Assembly: GCA_900617105.1 (NCBI GenBank)
Contig: UYFQ01000134.1
Span: 52,848 to 72,847 of the forward strand
From: Hydrurus foetidus
Lineage: Eukaryota
Reading direction: 5' to 3'
Length of the DNA stretch: 20,000 nucleotides
Shown: positions 18,527 through 20,000 of the stretch, in pieces
Layout of the letters: the number at the start of each line of letters is the position of its first letter
Numbering within the stretch: position 1 is the first letter of the stretch
Notes under the pieces: model-generated
Database searches by the model: none
The model's input: only the letters and a program-made list of their open reading frames with translations
Told to the model about the DNA's origin: nothing
Position numbers and translations under genes: made by a program

Positions 18527-20000
18527 CACTTCCGCCAGGACTCCCTCCATCAGGACACTCACCACTGCGATCTCCAACTCGTCCATCTTCTGATGCCGCC
18601 TCTCCCATAATGCTCCGACCGTACGTACGTTCCGAACATACTCAACCAGCATCTACCCCAGTACTCCTGGGTACCCCCCCGACTCCTGTCGCCCCAGAGA
18701 ATGCTACAGCATGGGACACGCCGCGCCATCAGAACATATCTTCGCCAACATATGGGACCCCAATGCAAGAAGAAGTCGATGCCTTCACTCGTACCTGGGC
18801 CTTCCTCACCAATGACGAAGTCACCTCCTCCACTGTCTTCCAGGGTATCTGCCGACAATGCTCCACGTACATCCTTCAGTACTACACTGTGGTCCACCAC
18901 CGCATTCATCAGCAGCCCCTCTCAGCAAATGACTTCATCATCTATGTGAACCGTCCCGCCTTGCCTGGATCCCCTACACCGGCGCCTCATATATACCTCG
19001 CTATTTTCGGCTGGGTATCCCCAACCACCCTCAGCAACTGCCGCGCTGATGTCAGAGACGGTTACTCTCGGTATATGAACCTCATCCACAAGATTGCTCG
19101 CAACCTGCTGCTCGCCAACACTGAGCCGCCGACTCCACCCAATCTTGAGTATGACCCAGGGCACTACCGCACCTTCAATCCAACCTTGATTGAAGACATC
19201 ACCACCTATCAGTCCACAGTCGGGAACATTTTCTTTTACTTCCTCGTCCACACTGCTCTGTACCTCGACGACCAGATCAGTCCAGACCACATGGCGATAT
19301 TTGAAAGTGTCCTCATCTATGACTGTGCCTCCTGAGTCGCAGCACAGCTTGCCCGATATGCCAATGCACCGGCAACTCCTGGCACAACTTTCCCACTCTT
19401 CGCATACTCTTGCTCACGGAAGTTGATGCGCGCGTTGACGGTCTTATGACACGAACTGGATCGAACGAGTCATTCATCAAAGCTATTCGAGTCGTAATCC
19501 AGCTTGTCCTACCCGATGCATTTCGTGTTTCACCCAACAGCCTCTTCGTTGGACCTGATCCTGTTGAGCCCACCGATTCACACTACCGCACAGTATCGCT
19601 CTCATAGTTCCGCACAGTCTCTCTTGCCATGGACCTCGCAGCATCTACAGGCCCACAGAACATACGCCAAAGATACACTTTGCGGAACTATGAGAGCGAT
19701 TCAGAGTCCTCTGTCGAAAACTCCATCTGTTTATTCCCGTACAACATGTCCTGTCAACACATAACATCAGTGGCCCTCGATGCGCCCTCTCTTTTGTCAA
19801 CTACCTACATGGAGACGTCACACGTCTCATGGTCCCTTCATCAGACGCATCCCCATGGGTACCACCGGACGCATCCATGGAACTTCGGCGGTACAACGCC
19901 AGGAAGCTCGGCATCGCATTCCAGAAAGATCCGGCTCAAGGGGACACTAAGCGTCAAGACACTACCTCGTCCTCTTCCGCATCCTCTTCCGCCTCACCTA
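18510..20000 (+). pseudogene. Disrupted continuation of the retroelement ORF, unknown domain
   Basis: The frame of ORF 18610-19335 is open back to 18511. Further lesions: TGA at 19333, an apparent frameshift near 19405, and TAG at 19605 within an imperfect 24-nt duplication. After that a frame stays open to the window end. Confidence 0.55.

Larger units (their letters stand above)
16448..20000 (+). mobile_element. Second LTR retrotransposon (copia-like gag), 5' part, runs off window
   Basis: Order seen: TG...CA LTR candidate, PBS, gag-like ORF, degenerate coding continuation. No pol motifs appear inside the window. Confidence 0.7.

Noticed and set aside
18608..18612. TAATG stop-start overlap at the start of ORF 18610
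   Set aside because: It would require readthrough of TAG 18524. The 17-bp duplication explains the frames more simply.

Overview
Eukaryotic, intron-rich nuclear DNA (GT-AG introns of 74-129 bp). The bipartite plastid-targeting presequence and the CoDi-like copia suggest a photosynthetic stramenopile; this is inference. Left part, all on the minus strand: the 5' part of a hydroxylysine-kinase/APH-like gene running off the window edge, and a complete 10-exon pyruvate kinase (523 aa) with a mitochondrial-type presequence. An 868-bp non-autonomous hAT-like element with a perfect 8-bp TSD sits just upstream of the kinase. Centre: an 8-exon gene for a ~2688-aa, very acidic, probably plastid-targeted protein. 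It has 2-3 S1-like RNA-binding domains followed by ~20 degenerate EF-hand-pair-like modules, recently expanded by nested near-identical duplications (561-bp and 2184-bp periods). This is the best candidate for an undescribed system. Right part: a retrotransposon cluster. A truncated CoDi-like Ty1/copia RT-RNase H fragment has a PPT and a candidate 3' LTR containing a ~270-bp foldback. It lies back-to-back with a second LTR element (LTR + PBS + gag with a CCCH zinc finger) whose long ORF is broken by a perfect 17-bp duplication.
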